Source: the human T2T-CHM13v2.0 reference genome, Homo sapiens
Assembly: GCF_009914755.1 (NCBI RefSeq)
Contig: NC_060934.1
Length of the DNA stretch: 64,000 nt
Direction: 5' to 3' (one strand)
Below, one piece after another: positions 25,901-39,034 of this stretch. The notes under the pieces are model-generated. The model searched no databases and was not told the DNA's origin. It saw nothing but the letters and a program-made list of their open reading frames with translations. Every line of letters begins with the position of its first letter. Position 1 is the stretch's first letter. A program made the position numbers and the translations under genes.

Positions 25901-28854
25901 ACTGCAGATTTCAAGCCATTCTAGGCCTATGGCAGAAAAGGAAATATCTTCGTATAAAAACTACACAGAATCATTCTCAACAACTACTTTGTGATGTGTG
26001 CGTTCAACTCACAGAGTTTAACCTTTCTTTTCATAGAGCAGTTTGGAAACACTCTGTTTGTAAAGCCTGCAAGTGCTTTTTTGGACTTCATTGAGGCCTT
26101 CGTTGGAAACGGGATTTCTTCATATAATGCTAGACAGAAGAATTCTCAGTCACTTCTTTGTGTTGTGTGTATTCAAGTCACAGAGTTGAACCTTCCTTTA
26201 GACAGAGCAGTTTTGAAAAATTCTTTCTGTGTAATTTGCAAGTGGAGATTTCAAGCGATTTGAGGCTAATCTTTGAAATGGAAATATCTTCGTGTAAAAA
26301 CTACACAGAATCATTCTCAGAAACTGCTTTGTCATCTGTGCGTTCAGTTCACAGAGTTTCACCTTTCTCTTCATAGAGCAGTTTGGAAAGACTCTGTCTG
26401 TAAAGTCTGCAAGTGATTAGTTAGACCCCTTTGAGGCCTTCGTTGGAAGCGGGATTTCTCATTTACTGCTAGACAGAAGAATTCTCAGTAAATCCTTTGT
26501 GTTGTGTGTATTCAACTCACAGAGTGGAACCTTCCTTTATTCAGAGCAGTTTTGAAACACTCTTTTTGTGGAATTTGCAAGTGGAGATTTGAAGCCATTT
26601 GACGCCAATCTTAGACATGGAAATATCTTCATATTAAAAGTACACAGAGTCATTCGTAGAAACTAGTTTGTGATGTGTGCCTTCAACTCACAGAGTTTAA
26701 CCTTTCTTTTCATAGAGCAGTTGGGAAACACTCTATTTGTAAAGTCTGCAAGTGGATATTTGGACCTCTTTGAGGCCTTCGTTGGAAACGGGATTTCTTC
26801 ATATAACGCTAGACAGAAGAATTCTCAGTAACTTCTTTGTGTTGTGTGTATTCAACTCACAGAGTTGAACCTTTCTTTAGAGGGAGCAGAGGTGAAACAC
26901 TCTTTTTGTGGAATTTGCTAGTGTAGATTTCAAACGCTTCGAAGACAGTGATAGAAAAGGATATATCTTCGTATTAAAAGTAGACAAAATCATTCTCAGA
27001 AAACTCTTTGTGATGTGTGTGTTCAACTCACAGAGTTTAACCTTTCTTTAATCGAGCAGTTTGGAAATACACTCTTTGTAAGTCTGCAGGTGGATATTTG
27101 GCCCTCTTTGAGCCCTTCGTTGGAAACGGGATTTCCTCATATAATGCTAGACAGAAGAATTCTCAGTAACTTCTTTGTGTTGTTTGTATTCAACACACAG
27201 ATTTGAACCTTCCTTTAGAGAGAGCAGATTTGAAACACTCTGTTTTTGGAATTTGCAAGTGCAGATTTCAAGCGCTTCTAGGCCTATGGCAGAAAAGGAA
27301 ATATCTTCGTATAAAAACTACACAGAATCATTCTCAACAACTACTTTGTGATGTGTGCGTTCAACTCACAGAGTTTAACCTTTCTTTTCATAGAGCAGTT
27401 TGGAAACACTCTGTTTGTAAAGCCTGCAAGTGCTTTTTTGGACTTCATTGAGGCCTTCGTTGGAAACGGGATTTCTTCATATAATGCTAGACAGAAGAAT
27501 TCTCAGTCACTTCTTTGTGTTGTGTGTATTCAAGTCACAGAGTTGAGCCTTCCTTTAGACAGAGCAGTTTTGAAAAATTCTTTCTGTGGAGTTTGCAAGT
27601 GGAGATTTCAAGCGATTTGAGGCTAATCTTTGAAATGGAAATATCTTCGTGTAAAAACTACACAGAATCATTCTCAGAAACTGCTTTGTCATCTGTGCGT
27701 TCAGTTCACAGAGTTTCACCTTTCTCTTCATAGAGCAGTTTGGAAAGACTCTGTCTGTAAAGTCTGCAAGTGATTAGTTAGACCCCTTTGAGGCCTTCGT
27801 TGGAAGCGGGATTTCTCATTTACTGCTAGACAGAAGAATTCTCAGTAAATCCTTTGTGTTGTGTGTATTCAACTCACAGAGTGGAACCTTCCTTTATTCA
27901 GAGCAGTTTTGAAAAACACTTTTTGTGGAATTTGCAAGTGGAGATTTCAAGCGATTTGACGCCAATCTTAGACATGGAAATATCTTCATATTAAAAGTAC
28001 ACAGAGTCATTCGTAGAAACTAGTTTGTGATGTGTGCCTTCAACTCACAGAGTTTAACCTTTCTTTTCATAGAGCAGTTTGGAAACACTCTATTTGTAAA
28101 GTCTGCAAGTGGATATTTGGACCTCTTTGAGGCCTTCGTTGGAAACGGGATTTCTTCATACAACGCTAGACAGAAGAATTCTCAGTAACTTCTTTGTGTT
28201 GTGTGTATTCAACTCACAGAGTTGAACCTTTCTTTAGAGAGAGCAGAGTTGAAACACTCTGTTTTTGGAATTTGCAACTGCAGATTTCAAGCCATTCTAG
28301 GCCTATGGCAGAAAAGGAAATATCTTCGTATAAAAACTACACAGAATCATTCTCAACAACTACTTTGTGATGTGTGCGTTCAACTCACAGAGTTTAACCT
28401 TTCTTTTCATAGAGCAGTTTGGAAACACTCTGTTTGTAAAGCCTGCAAGTGCTTTTTTGGACTTCATTGAGGCCTTCGTTGGAAACGGGATTTCTTCATA
28501 TAATGCTAGACAGAAGAATTCTCAGTCACTTCTTTGTGTTGTGTGTATTCAAGTCACAGAGTTGAACCTTCCTTTAGACAGAGCAGTTTTGAAAAATTCT
28601 TTCTGTGTAATTTGCAAGTGGAGATTTCAAGCGATTTGAGGCTAATCTTTGAAATGGAAATATCTTCGTGTAAAAACTACACAGAATCATTCTCAGAAAC
28701 TGCTTTGTCATCTGTGCGTTCAGTTCACAGACTTTCACCTTTCTCTTCATAGAGCAGTTTGGAAAGACTCTGTCTGTAAAGTCTGCAAGTGATTAGTTAG
28801 ACCCCTTTGAGGCCTTCGTTGGAAGTGGGATTTCTCATTTACTGCTAGACAGAA
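16975..28854 (+). repeat. Five tandem 14-mer super-repeats (8+6; 2376 bp)
   Basis: 8-mer starts at 16975, 19351, 21727, 24103, 26479, next at 28855; strict 1357/1019 alternation. Confidence 0.93.
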
Positions 28855-31800
28855 GAATTCTCAGTAAATCCTTTGTGTTGTGTGTATTCAACTCACAGAG
28901 TGGAACCTTCCTTTATTCAGAGCAGTTTTGAAACACTCTTTTTGTGGAATTTGCAAGTGGAGATTTCAAGCGATTTGACGCCAATCTTAGACATGGAAAT
29001 ATCTTCATATTAAAAGTACACAGAGTCATTCGTAGAAACTAGTTTGTGATGTGTGCCTTCAACTCACAGAGTTTAACCTTTCTTTTCATAGAGCAGTTGG
29101 GAAACACTCTATTTGTAAAGTCTGCAAGTGGATATTTGGACCTCTTTGAGGCCTTCGTTGGAAACGGGATTTCTTCATATAACGCTAGACAGAAGAATTC
29201 TCAGTAACTTCTTTGTGTTGTGTGTATTCAACTCACAGAGTTGAACCTTTCTTTAGAGGGAGCAGAGGTGAAACACTCTTTTTGTGGAATTTGCTAGTGT
29301 AGATTTCAAACGCTTCGAAGACAGTGATAGAAAAGGATATATCTTCGTATTAAAAGTAGACAAAATCATTCTCAGAAAACTCTTTGTGATGTGTGTGTTC
29401 AACTCACAGAGTTTAACCTTTCTTTAATCGAGCAGTTTGGAAATACACTCTTTGTAAGTCTGCAGGTGGATATTTGGCCCTCTTTGAGCCCTTCGTTGGA
29501 AACGGGATTTCCTCATATAATGCTAGACAGAAGAATTCTCAGTAACTTCTTTGTGTTGTTTGTATTCAACACACAGATTTGAACCTTCCTTTAGAGAGAG
29601 CAGATTTGAAACACTCTGTTTTTGGAATTTGCAAGTGCAGATTTCAAGCGCTTCTAGGCCTATGGCAGAAAAGGAAATATCTTCGTATAAAAACTACACA
29701 GAATCATTCTCAACAACTACTTTGTGATGTGTGCGTTCAACTCACAGAGTTTAACCTTTCTTTTCATAGAGCAGTTTGGAAACACTCTGTTTGTAAAGCC
29801 TGCAAGTGCTTTTTTGGACTTCATTGAGGCCTTCGTTGGAAACGGGATTTCTTCATATAATGCTAGACAGAAGAATTCTCAGTCACTTCTTTGTGTTGTG
29901 TGTATTCAAGTCACAGAGTTGAGCCTTCCTTTAGACAGAGCAGTTTTGAAAAATTCTTTCTGTGGAGTTTGCAAGTGGAGATTTCAAGCGATTTGAGGCT
30001 AATCTTTGAAATGGAAATATCTTCGTGTAAAAACTACACAGAATCATTCTCAGAAACTGCTTTGTCATCTGTGCGTTCAGTTCACAGAGTTTCACCTTTC
30101 TCTTCATAGAGCAGTTTGGAAAGACTCTGTCTGTAAAGTCTGCAAGTGATTAGTTAGACCCCTTTGAGGCCTTCGTTGGAAGCGGGATTTCTCATTTACT
30201 GCTAGACAGAAGAATTCTCAGTAAATCCTTTGTGTTGTGTGTATTCAACTCACAGAGTGGAACCTTCCTTTATTCAGAGCAGTTTTGAAAAACACTTTTT
30301 GTGGAATTTGCAAGTGGAGATTTCAAGCGATTTGACGCCAATCTTAGACATGGAAATGTCTTCATATTAAAAGTACACAGAGTCATTCGTAGAAACTAGT
30401 TTGTGATGTGTGCCTTCAACTCACAGAGTTTAACCTTTCTTTTCATAGAGCAGTTGGGAAACACTCTATTTGTAAAGTCTGCAAGTGGATATTTGGACCT
30501 CTTTGAGGCCTTCGTTGGAAACGGGATTTCTTCATATAACGCTAGACAGAAGAATTCTCAGTAACTTCTTTGTGTTGTGTGTATTCAACTCACAGAGTTG
30601 AACCTTTCTTTAGAGGGAGCAGAGGTGAAACACTCTTTTTGTGGAATTTGCTAGTGTAGATTTCAAACGCTTCGAAGACAGTGATAGAAAAGGATATATC
30701 TTCGTATTAAAAGTAGACAAAATCATTCTCAGAAAACTCTTTGTGATGTGTGTGTTCAACTCACAGAGTTTAACCTTTCTTTAATCGAGCAGTTTGGAAA
30801 TACACTCTTTGTAAGTCTGCAGGTGGATATTTGGCCCTCTTTGAGCCCTTCGTTGGAAACGGGATTTCCTCATATAATGCTAGACAGAAGAATTCTCAGT
30901 AACTTCTTTGTGTTGTTTGTATTCAACACACAGATTTGAACCTTCCTTTAGAGAGAGCAGATTTGAAACACTCTGTTTTTGGAATTTGCAAGTGCAGATT
31001 TCAAGCGCTTCTAGGCCTATGGCAGAAAAGGAAATATCTTCGTATAAAAACTACACAGAATCATTCTCAACAACTACTTTGTGATGTGTGCGTTCAACTC
31101 ACAGAGTTTAACCTTTCTTTTCATAGAGCAGTTTGGAAACACTCTGTTTGTAAAGCCTGCAAGTGCTTTTTTGGACTTCATTGAGGCCTTCGTTGGAAAC
31201 GGGATTTCTTCATATAATGCTAGACAGAAGAATTCTCAGTCACTTCTTTGTGTTGTGTGTATTCAAGTCACAGAGTTGAGCCTTCCTTTAGACAGAGCAG
31301 TTTTGAAAAATTCTTTCTGTGGAGTTTGCAAGTGGAGATTTCAAGCGATTTGAGGCTAATCTTTGAAATGGAAATATCTTCGTGTAAAAACTACACAGAA
31401 TCATTCTCAGAAACTGCTTTGTCATCTGTGCGTTCAGTTCACAGAGTTTCACCTTTCTCTTCATAGAGCAGTTTGGAAAGACTCTGTCTGTAAAGTCTGC
31501 AAGTGATTAGTTAGACCCCTTTGAGGCCTTCGTTGGAAGCGGGATTTCTCATTTACTGCTAGACAGAAGAATTCTCAGTAAATCCTTTGTGTTGTGTGTA
31601 TTCAACTCACAGAGTGGAACCTTCCTTTATTCAGAGCAGTTTTGAAAAACACTTTTTGTGGAATTTGCAAGTGGAGATTTCAAGCGATTTGACGCCAATC
31701 TTAGACATGGAAATATCTTCATATTAAAAGTACACAGAGTCATTCGTAGAAACTAGTTTGTGATGTGTGCCTTCAACTCACAGAGTTTAACCTTTCTTTT

Positions 31801-34800
31801 CATAGAGCAGTTTGGAAACACTCTATTTGTAAAGTCTGCAAGTGGATATTTGGACCTCTTTGAGGCCTTCGTTGGAAACGGGATTTCTTCATACAACGCT
31901 AGACAGAAGAATTCTCAGTAACTTCTTTGTGTTGTGTGTATTCAACTCACAGAGTTGAACCTTTCTTTAGAGAGAGCAGAGTTGAAACACTCTGTTTTTG
32001 GAATTTGCAACTGCAGATTTCAAGCCATTCTAGGCCTATGGCAGAAAAGGAAATATCTTCGTATAAAAACTACACAGAATCATTCTCAACAACTACTTTG
32101 TGATGTGTGCGTTCAACTCACAGAGTTTAACCTTTCTTTTCATAGAGCAGTTTGGAAACACTCTGTTTGTAAAGCCTGCAAGTGCTTTTTTGGACTTCAT
32201 TGAGGCCTTCGTTGGAAACGGGATTTCTTCATATAATGCTAGACAGAAGAATTCTCAGTCACTTCTTTGTGTTGTGTGTATTCAAGTCACAGAGTTGAAC
32301 CTTCCTTTAGACAGAGCAGTTTTGAAAAATTCTTTCTGTGGAATTTGCAAGTGGAGATTTCAAGCGATTTGAGGCTAATCTTTGAAATGGAAATATCTTC
32401 GTGTAAAAACTACACAGAATCATTCTCAGAAACTGCTTTGTCATCTGTGCGTTCAGTTCACAGACTTTCACCTTTCTCTTCATAGAGCAGTTTGGAAAGA
32501 CTCTGTCTGTAAAGTCTGCAAGTGATTAGTTAGACCCCTTTGAGGCCTTCGTTGGAAGTGGGATTTCTCATTTACTGCTAGACAGAAGAATTCTCAGTAA
32601 ATCCTTTGTGTTGTGTGTATTCAACTCACAGAGTGGAACCTTCCTTTATTCAGAGCAGTTTTGAAACACTCTTTTTGTGGAATTTGCAAGTGGAGATTTC
32701 AAGCGATTTGACGCCAATCTTAGACATGGAAATATCTTCATATTAAAAGTACACAGAGTCATTCGTAGAAACTAGTTTGTGATGTGTGCCTTCAACTCAC
32801 AGAGTTTAACCTTTCTTTTCATAGAGCAGTTGGGAAACACTCTATTTGTAAAGTCTGCAAGTGGATATTTGGACCTCTTTGAGGCCTTCGTTGGAAACGG
32901 GATTTCTTCATATAACGCTAGACAGAAGAATTCTCAGTAACTTCTTTGTGTTGTGTGTATTCAACTCACAGAGTTGAACCTTTCTTTAGAGGGAGCAGAG
33001 GTGAAACACTCTTTTTGTGGAATTTGCTAGTGTAGATTTCAAACGCTTCGAAGACAGTGATAGAAAAGGATATATCTTCGTATTAAAAGTAGACAAAATC
33101 ATTCTCAGAAAACTCTTTGTGATGTGTGTGTTCAACTCACAGAGTTTAACCTTTCTTTAATCGAGCAGTTTGGAAATACACTCTTTGTAAGTCTGCAGGT
33201 GGATATTTGGCCCTCTTTGAGCCCTTCGTTGGAAACGGGATTTCCTCATATAATGCTAGACAGAAGAATTCTCAGTAACTTCTTTGTGTTGTTTGTATTC
33301 AACACACAGATTTGAACCTTCCTTTAGAGAGAGCAGATTTGAAACACTCTGTTTTTGGAATTTGCAAGTGCAGATTTCAAGCGCTTCTAGGCCTATGGCA
33401 GAAAAGGAAATATCTTCGTATAAAAACTACACAGAATCATTCTCAACAACTACTTTGTGATGTGTGCGTTCAACTCACAGAGTTTAACCTTTCTTTTCAT
33501 AGAGCAGTTTGGAAACACTCTGTTTGTAAAGCCTGCAAGTGCTTTTTTGGACTTCATTGAGGCCTTCGTTGGAAACGGGATTTCTTCATATAATGCTAGA
33601 CAGAAGAATTCTCAGTCACTTCTTTGTGTTGTGTGTATTCAAGTCACAGAGTTGAGCCTTCCTTTAGACAGAGCAGTTTTGAAAAATTCTTTCTGTGGAG
33701 TTTGCAAGTGGAGATTTCAAGCGATTTGAGGCTAATCTTTGAAATGGAAATATCTTCGTGTAAAAACTACACAGAATCATTCTCAGAAACTGCTTTGTCA
33801 TCTGTGCGTTCAGTTCACAGAGTTTCACCTTTCTCTTCATAGAGCAGTTTGGAAAGACTCTGTCTGTAAAGTCTGCAAGTGATTAGTTAGACCCCTTTGA
33901 GGCCTTCGTTGGAAGCGGGATTTCTCATTTACTGCTAGACAGAAGAATTCTCAGTAAATCCTTTGTGTTGTGTGTATTCAACTCACAGAGTGGAACCTTC
34001 CTTTATTCAGAGCAGTTTTGAAAAACACTTTTTGTGGAATTTGCAAGTGGAGATTTCAAGCGATTTGACGCCAATCTTAGACATGGAAATATCTTCATAT
34101 TAAAAGTACACAGAGTCATTCGTAGAAACTAGTTTGTGATGTGTGCCTTCAACTCACAGAGTTTAACCTTTCTTTTCATAGAGCAGTTTGGAAACACTCT
34201 ATTTGTAAAGTCTGCAAGTGGATATTTGGACCTCTTTGAGGCCTTCGTTGGAAACGGGATTTCTTCATACAACGCTAGACAGAAGAATTCTCAGTAACTT
34301 CTTTGTGTTGTGTGTATTCAACTCACAGAGTTGAACCTTTCTTTAGAGAGAGCAGAGTTGAAACACTCTGTTTTTGGAATTTGCAACTGCAGATTTCAAG
34401 CCATTCTAGGCCTATGGCAGAAAAGGAAATATCTTCGTATAAAAACTACACAGAATCATTCTCAACAACTACTTTGTGATGTGTGCGTTCAACTCACAGA
34501 GTTTAACCTTTCTTTTCATAGAGCAGTTTGGAAACACTCTGTTTGTAAAGCCTGCAAGTGCTTTTTTGGACTTCATTGAGGCCTTCGTTGGAAACGGGAT
34601 TTCTTCATATAATGCTAGACAGAAGAATTCTCAGTCACTTCTTTGTGTTGTGTGTATTCAAGTCACAGAGTTGAACCTTCCTTTAGACAGAGCAGTTTTG
34701 AAAAATTCTTTCTGTGGAATTTGCAAGTGGAGATTTCAAGCGATTTGAGGCTAATCTTTGAAATGGAAATATCTTCGTGTAAAAACTACACAGAATCATT

Positions 34801-34963
34801 CTCAGAAACTGCTTTGTCATCTGTGCGTTCAGTTCACAGACTTTCACCTTTCTCTTCATAGAGCAGTTTGGAAAGACTCTGTCTGTAAAGTCTGCAAGTG
34901 ATTAGTTAGACCCCTTTGAGGCCTTCGTTGGAAGCGGGATTTCTCATTTACTGCTAGACAGAA

Positions 34964-37900
34964 GAATTCTCAGTAAATCCTTTGTGTTGTGTGTATTCAA
35001 CTCACAGAGTGGAACCTTCCTTTATTCAGAGCAGTTTTGAAACACTCTTTTTGTGGAATTTGCAAGTGGAGATTTCAAGCGATTTGACGCCAATCTTAGA
35101 CATGGAAATATCTTCATATTAAAAGTACACAGAGTCATTCGTAGAAACTAGTTTGTGATGTGTGCCTTCAACTCACAGAGTTTAACCTTTCTTTTCATAG
35201 AGCAGTTGGGAAACACTCTATTTGTAAAGTCTGCAAGTGGATATTTGGACCTCTTTGAGGCCTTCGTTGGAAACGGGATTTCTTCATATAACGCTAGACA
35301 GAAGAATTCTCAGTAACTTCTTTGTGTTGTGTGTATTCAACTCACAGAGTTGAACCTTTCTTTAGAGGGAGCAGAGGTGAAACACTCTTTTTGTGGAATT
35401 TGCTAGTGTAGATTTCAAACGCTTCGAAGACAGTGATAGAAAAGGATATATCTTCGTATTAAAAGTAGACAAAATCATTCTCAGAAAACTCTTTGTGATG
35501 TGTGTGTTCAACTCACAGAGTTTAACCTTTCTTTAATCGAGCAGTTTGGAAATACACTCTTTGTAAGTCTGCAGGTGGATATTTGGCCCTCTTTGAGCCC
35601 TTCGTTGGAAACGGGATTTCCTCATATAATGCTAGACAGAAGAATTCTCAGTAACTTCTTTGTGTTGTTTGTATTCAACACACAGATTTGAACCTTCCTT
35701 TAGAGAGAGCAGATTTGAAACACTCTGTTTTTGGAATTTGCAAGTGCAGATTTCAAGCGCTTCTAGGCCTATGGCAGAAAAGGAAATATCTTCGTATAAA
35801 AACTACACAGAATCATTCTCAACAACTACTTTGTGATGTGTGCGTTCAACTCACAGAGTTTAACCTTTCTTTTCATAGAGCAGTTTGGAAACACTCTGTT
35901 TGTAAAGCCTGCAAGTGCTTTTTTGGACTTCATTGAGGCCTTCGTTGGAAACGGGATTTCTTCATATAATGCTAGACAGAAGAATTCTCAGTCACTTCTT
36001 TGTGTTGTGTGTATTCAAGTCACAGAGTTGAACCTTCCTTTAGACAGAGCAGTTTTGAAAAATTCTTTCTGTGGAGTTTGCAAGTGGAGATTTCAAGCGA
36101 TTTGAGGCTAATCTTTGAAATGGAAATATCTTCGTGTAAAAACTACACAGAATCATTCTCAGAAACTGCTTTGTCATCTGTGCGTTCAGTTCACAGAGTT
36201 TCACCTTTCTCTTCATAGAGCAGTTTGGAAAGACTCTGTCTGTAAAGTCTGCAAGTGATTAGTTAGACCCCTTTGAGGCCTTCGTTGGAAGCGGGATTTC
36301 TCATTTACTGCTAGACAGAAGAATTCTCAGTAAATCCTTTGTGTTGTGTGTATTCAACTCACAGAGTGGAACCTTCCTTTATTCAGAGCAGTTTTGAAAA
36401 ACACTTTTTGTGGAATTTGCAAGTGGAGATTTCAAGCGATTTGACGCCAATCTTAGACATGGAAATATCTTCATATTAAAAGTACACAGAGTCATTCGTA
36501 GAAACTAGTTTGTGATGTGTGCCTTCAACTCACAGAGTTTAACCTTTCTTTTCATAGAGCAGTTTGGAAACACTCTATTTGTAAAGTCTGCAAGTGGATA
36601 TTTGGACCTCTTTGAGGCCTTCGTTGGAAACGGGATTTCTTCATATAACGCTAGACAGAAGAATTCTCAGTAACTTCTTTGTGTTGTGTGTATTCAACTC
36701 ACAGAGTTGAACCTTTCTTTAGAGGGAGCAGAGGTGAAACACTCTTTTTGTGGAATTTGCTAGTGTAGATTTCAAACGCTTCGAAGACAGTGATAGAAAA
36801 GGATATATCTTCGTATTAAAAGTAGACAAAATCATTCTCAGAAAACTCTTTGTGATGTGTGTGTTCAACTCACAGAGTTTAACCTTTCTTTAATCGAGCA
36901 GTTTGGAAATACACTCTTTGTAAGTCTGCAGGTGGATATTTGGCCCTCTTTGAGCCCTTCGTTGGAAACGGGATTTCCTCATATAATGCTAGACAGAAGA
37001 ATTCTCAGTAACTTCTTTGTGTTGTTTGTATTCAACACACAGATTTGAACCTTCCTTTAGAGAGAGCAGATTTGAAACACTCTGTTTTTGGAATTTGCAA
37101 GTGCAGATTTCAAGCGCTTCTAGGCCTATGGCAGAAAAGGAAATATCTTCGTATAAAAACTACACAGAATCATTCTCAACAACTACTTTGTGATGTGTGC
37201 GTTCAACTCACAGAGTTTAACCTTTCTTTTCATAGAGCAGTTTGGAAACACTCTGTTTGTAAAGCCTGCAAGTGCTTTTTTGGACTTCATTGAGGCCTTC
37301 GTTGGAAACGGGATTTCTTCATATAATGCTAGACAGAAGAATTCTCAGTCACTTCTTTGTGTTGTGTGTATTCAAGTCACAGAGTTGAACCTTCCTTTAG
37401 ACAGAGCAGTTTTGAAAAATTCTTTCTGTGGAGTTTGCAAGTGGAGATTTCAAGCGATTTGAGGCTAATCTTTGAAATGGAAATATCTTCGTGTAAAAAC
37501 TACACAGAATCATTCTCAGAAACTGCTTTGTCATCTGTGCGTTCAGTTCACAGAGTTTCACCTTTCTCTTCATAGAGCAGTTTGGAAAGACTCTGTCTGT
37601 AAAGTCTGCAAGTGATTAGTTAGACCCCTTTGAGGCCTTCGTTGGAAGCGGGATTTCTCATTTACTGCTAGACAGAAGAATTCTCAGTAAATCCTTTGTG
37701 TTGTGTGTATTCAACTCACAGAGTGGAACCTTCCTTTATTCAGAGCAGTTTTGAAAAACACTTTTTGTGGAATTTGCAAGTGGAGATTTCAAGCGATTTG
37801 ACGCCAATCTTAGACATGGAAATATCTTCATATTAAAAGTACACAGAGTCATTCGTAGAAACTAGTTTGTGATGTGTGCCTTCAACTCACAGAGTTTAAC

Positions 37901-39034
37901 CTTTCTTTTCATAGAGCAGTTTGGAAACACTCTATTTGTAAAGTCTGCAAGTGGATATTTGGACCTCTTTGAGGCCTTCGTTGGAAACGGGATTTCTTCA
38001 TATAACGCTAGACAGAAGAATTCTCAGTAACTTCTTTGTGTTGTGTGTATTCAACTCACAGAGTTGAACCTTTCTTTAGAGGGAGCAGAGGTGAAACACT
38101 CTTTTTGTGGAATTTGCTAGTGTAGATTTCAAACGCTTCGAAGACAGTGATAGAAAAGGATATATCTTCGTATTAAAAGTAGACAAAATCATTCTCAGAA
38201 AACTCTTTGTGATGTGTGTGTTCAACTCACAGAGTTTAACCTTTCTTTAATCGAGCAGTTTGGAAATACACTCTTTGTAAGTCTGCAGGTGGATATTTGG
38301 CCCTCTTTGAGCCCTTCGTTGGAAACGGGATTTCCTCATATAATGCTAGACAGAAGAATTCTCAGTAACTTCTTTGTGTTGTTTGTATTCAACACACAGA
38401 TTTGAACCTTCCTTTAGAGAGAGCAGATTTGAAACACTCTGTTTTTGGAATTTGCAAGTGCAGATTTCAAGCGCTTCTAGGCCTATGGCAGAAAAGGAAA
38501 TATCTTCGTATAAAAACTACACAGAATCATTCTCAACAACTACTTTGTGATGTGTGCGTTCAACTCACAGAGTTTAACCTTTCTTTTCATAGAGCAGTTT
38601 GGAAACACTCTGTTTGTAAAGCCTGCAAGTGCTTTTTTGGACTTCATTGAGGCCTTCGTTGGAAACGGGATTTCTTCATATAATGCTAGACAGAAGAATT
38701 CTCAGTCACTTCTTTGTGTTGTGTGTATTCAAGTCACAGAGTTGAGCCTTCCTTTAGACAGAGCAGTTTTGAAAAATTCTTTCTGTGGAGTTTGCAAGTG
38801 GAGATTTCAAGCGATTTGAGGCTAATCTTTGAAATGGAAATATCTTCGTGTAAAAACTACACAGAATCATTCTCAGAAACTGCTTTGTCATCTGTGCGTT
38901 CAGTTCACAGAGTTTCACCTTTCTCTTCATAGAGCAGTTTGGAAAGACTCTGTCTGTAAAGTCTGCAAGTGATTAGTTAGACCCCTTTGAGGCCTTCGTT
39001 GGAAGCGGGATTTCTCATTTACTGCTAGACAGAA
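34964..39034 (+). repeat. Run of three consecutive 8-mers (longest pure 8-mer run in the window)
   Basis: Landmarks 34643->36000->37357->38714, each 1357 bp. Confidence 0.92.
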
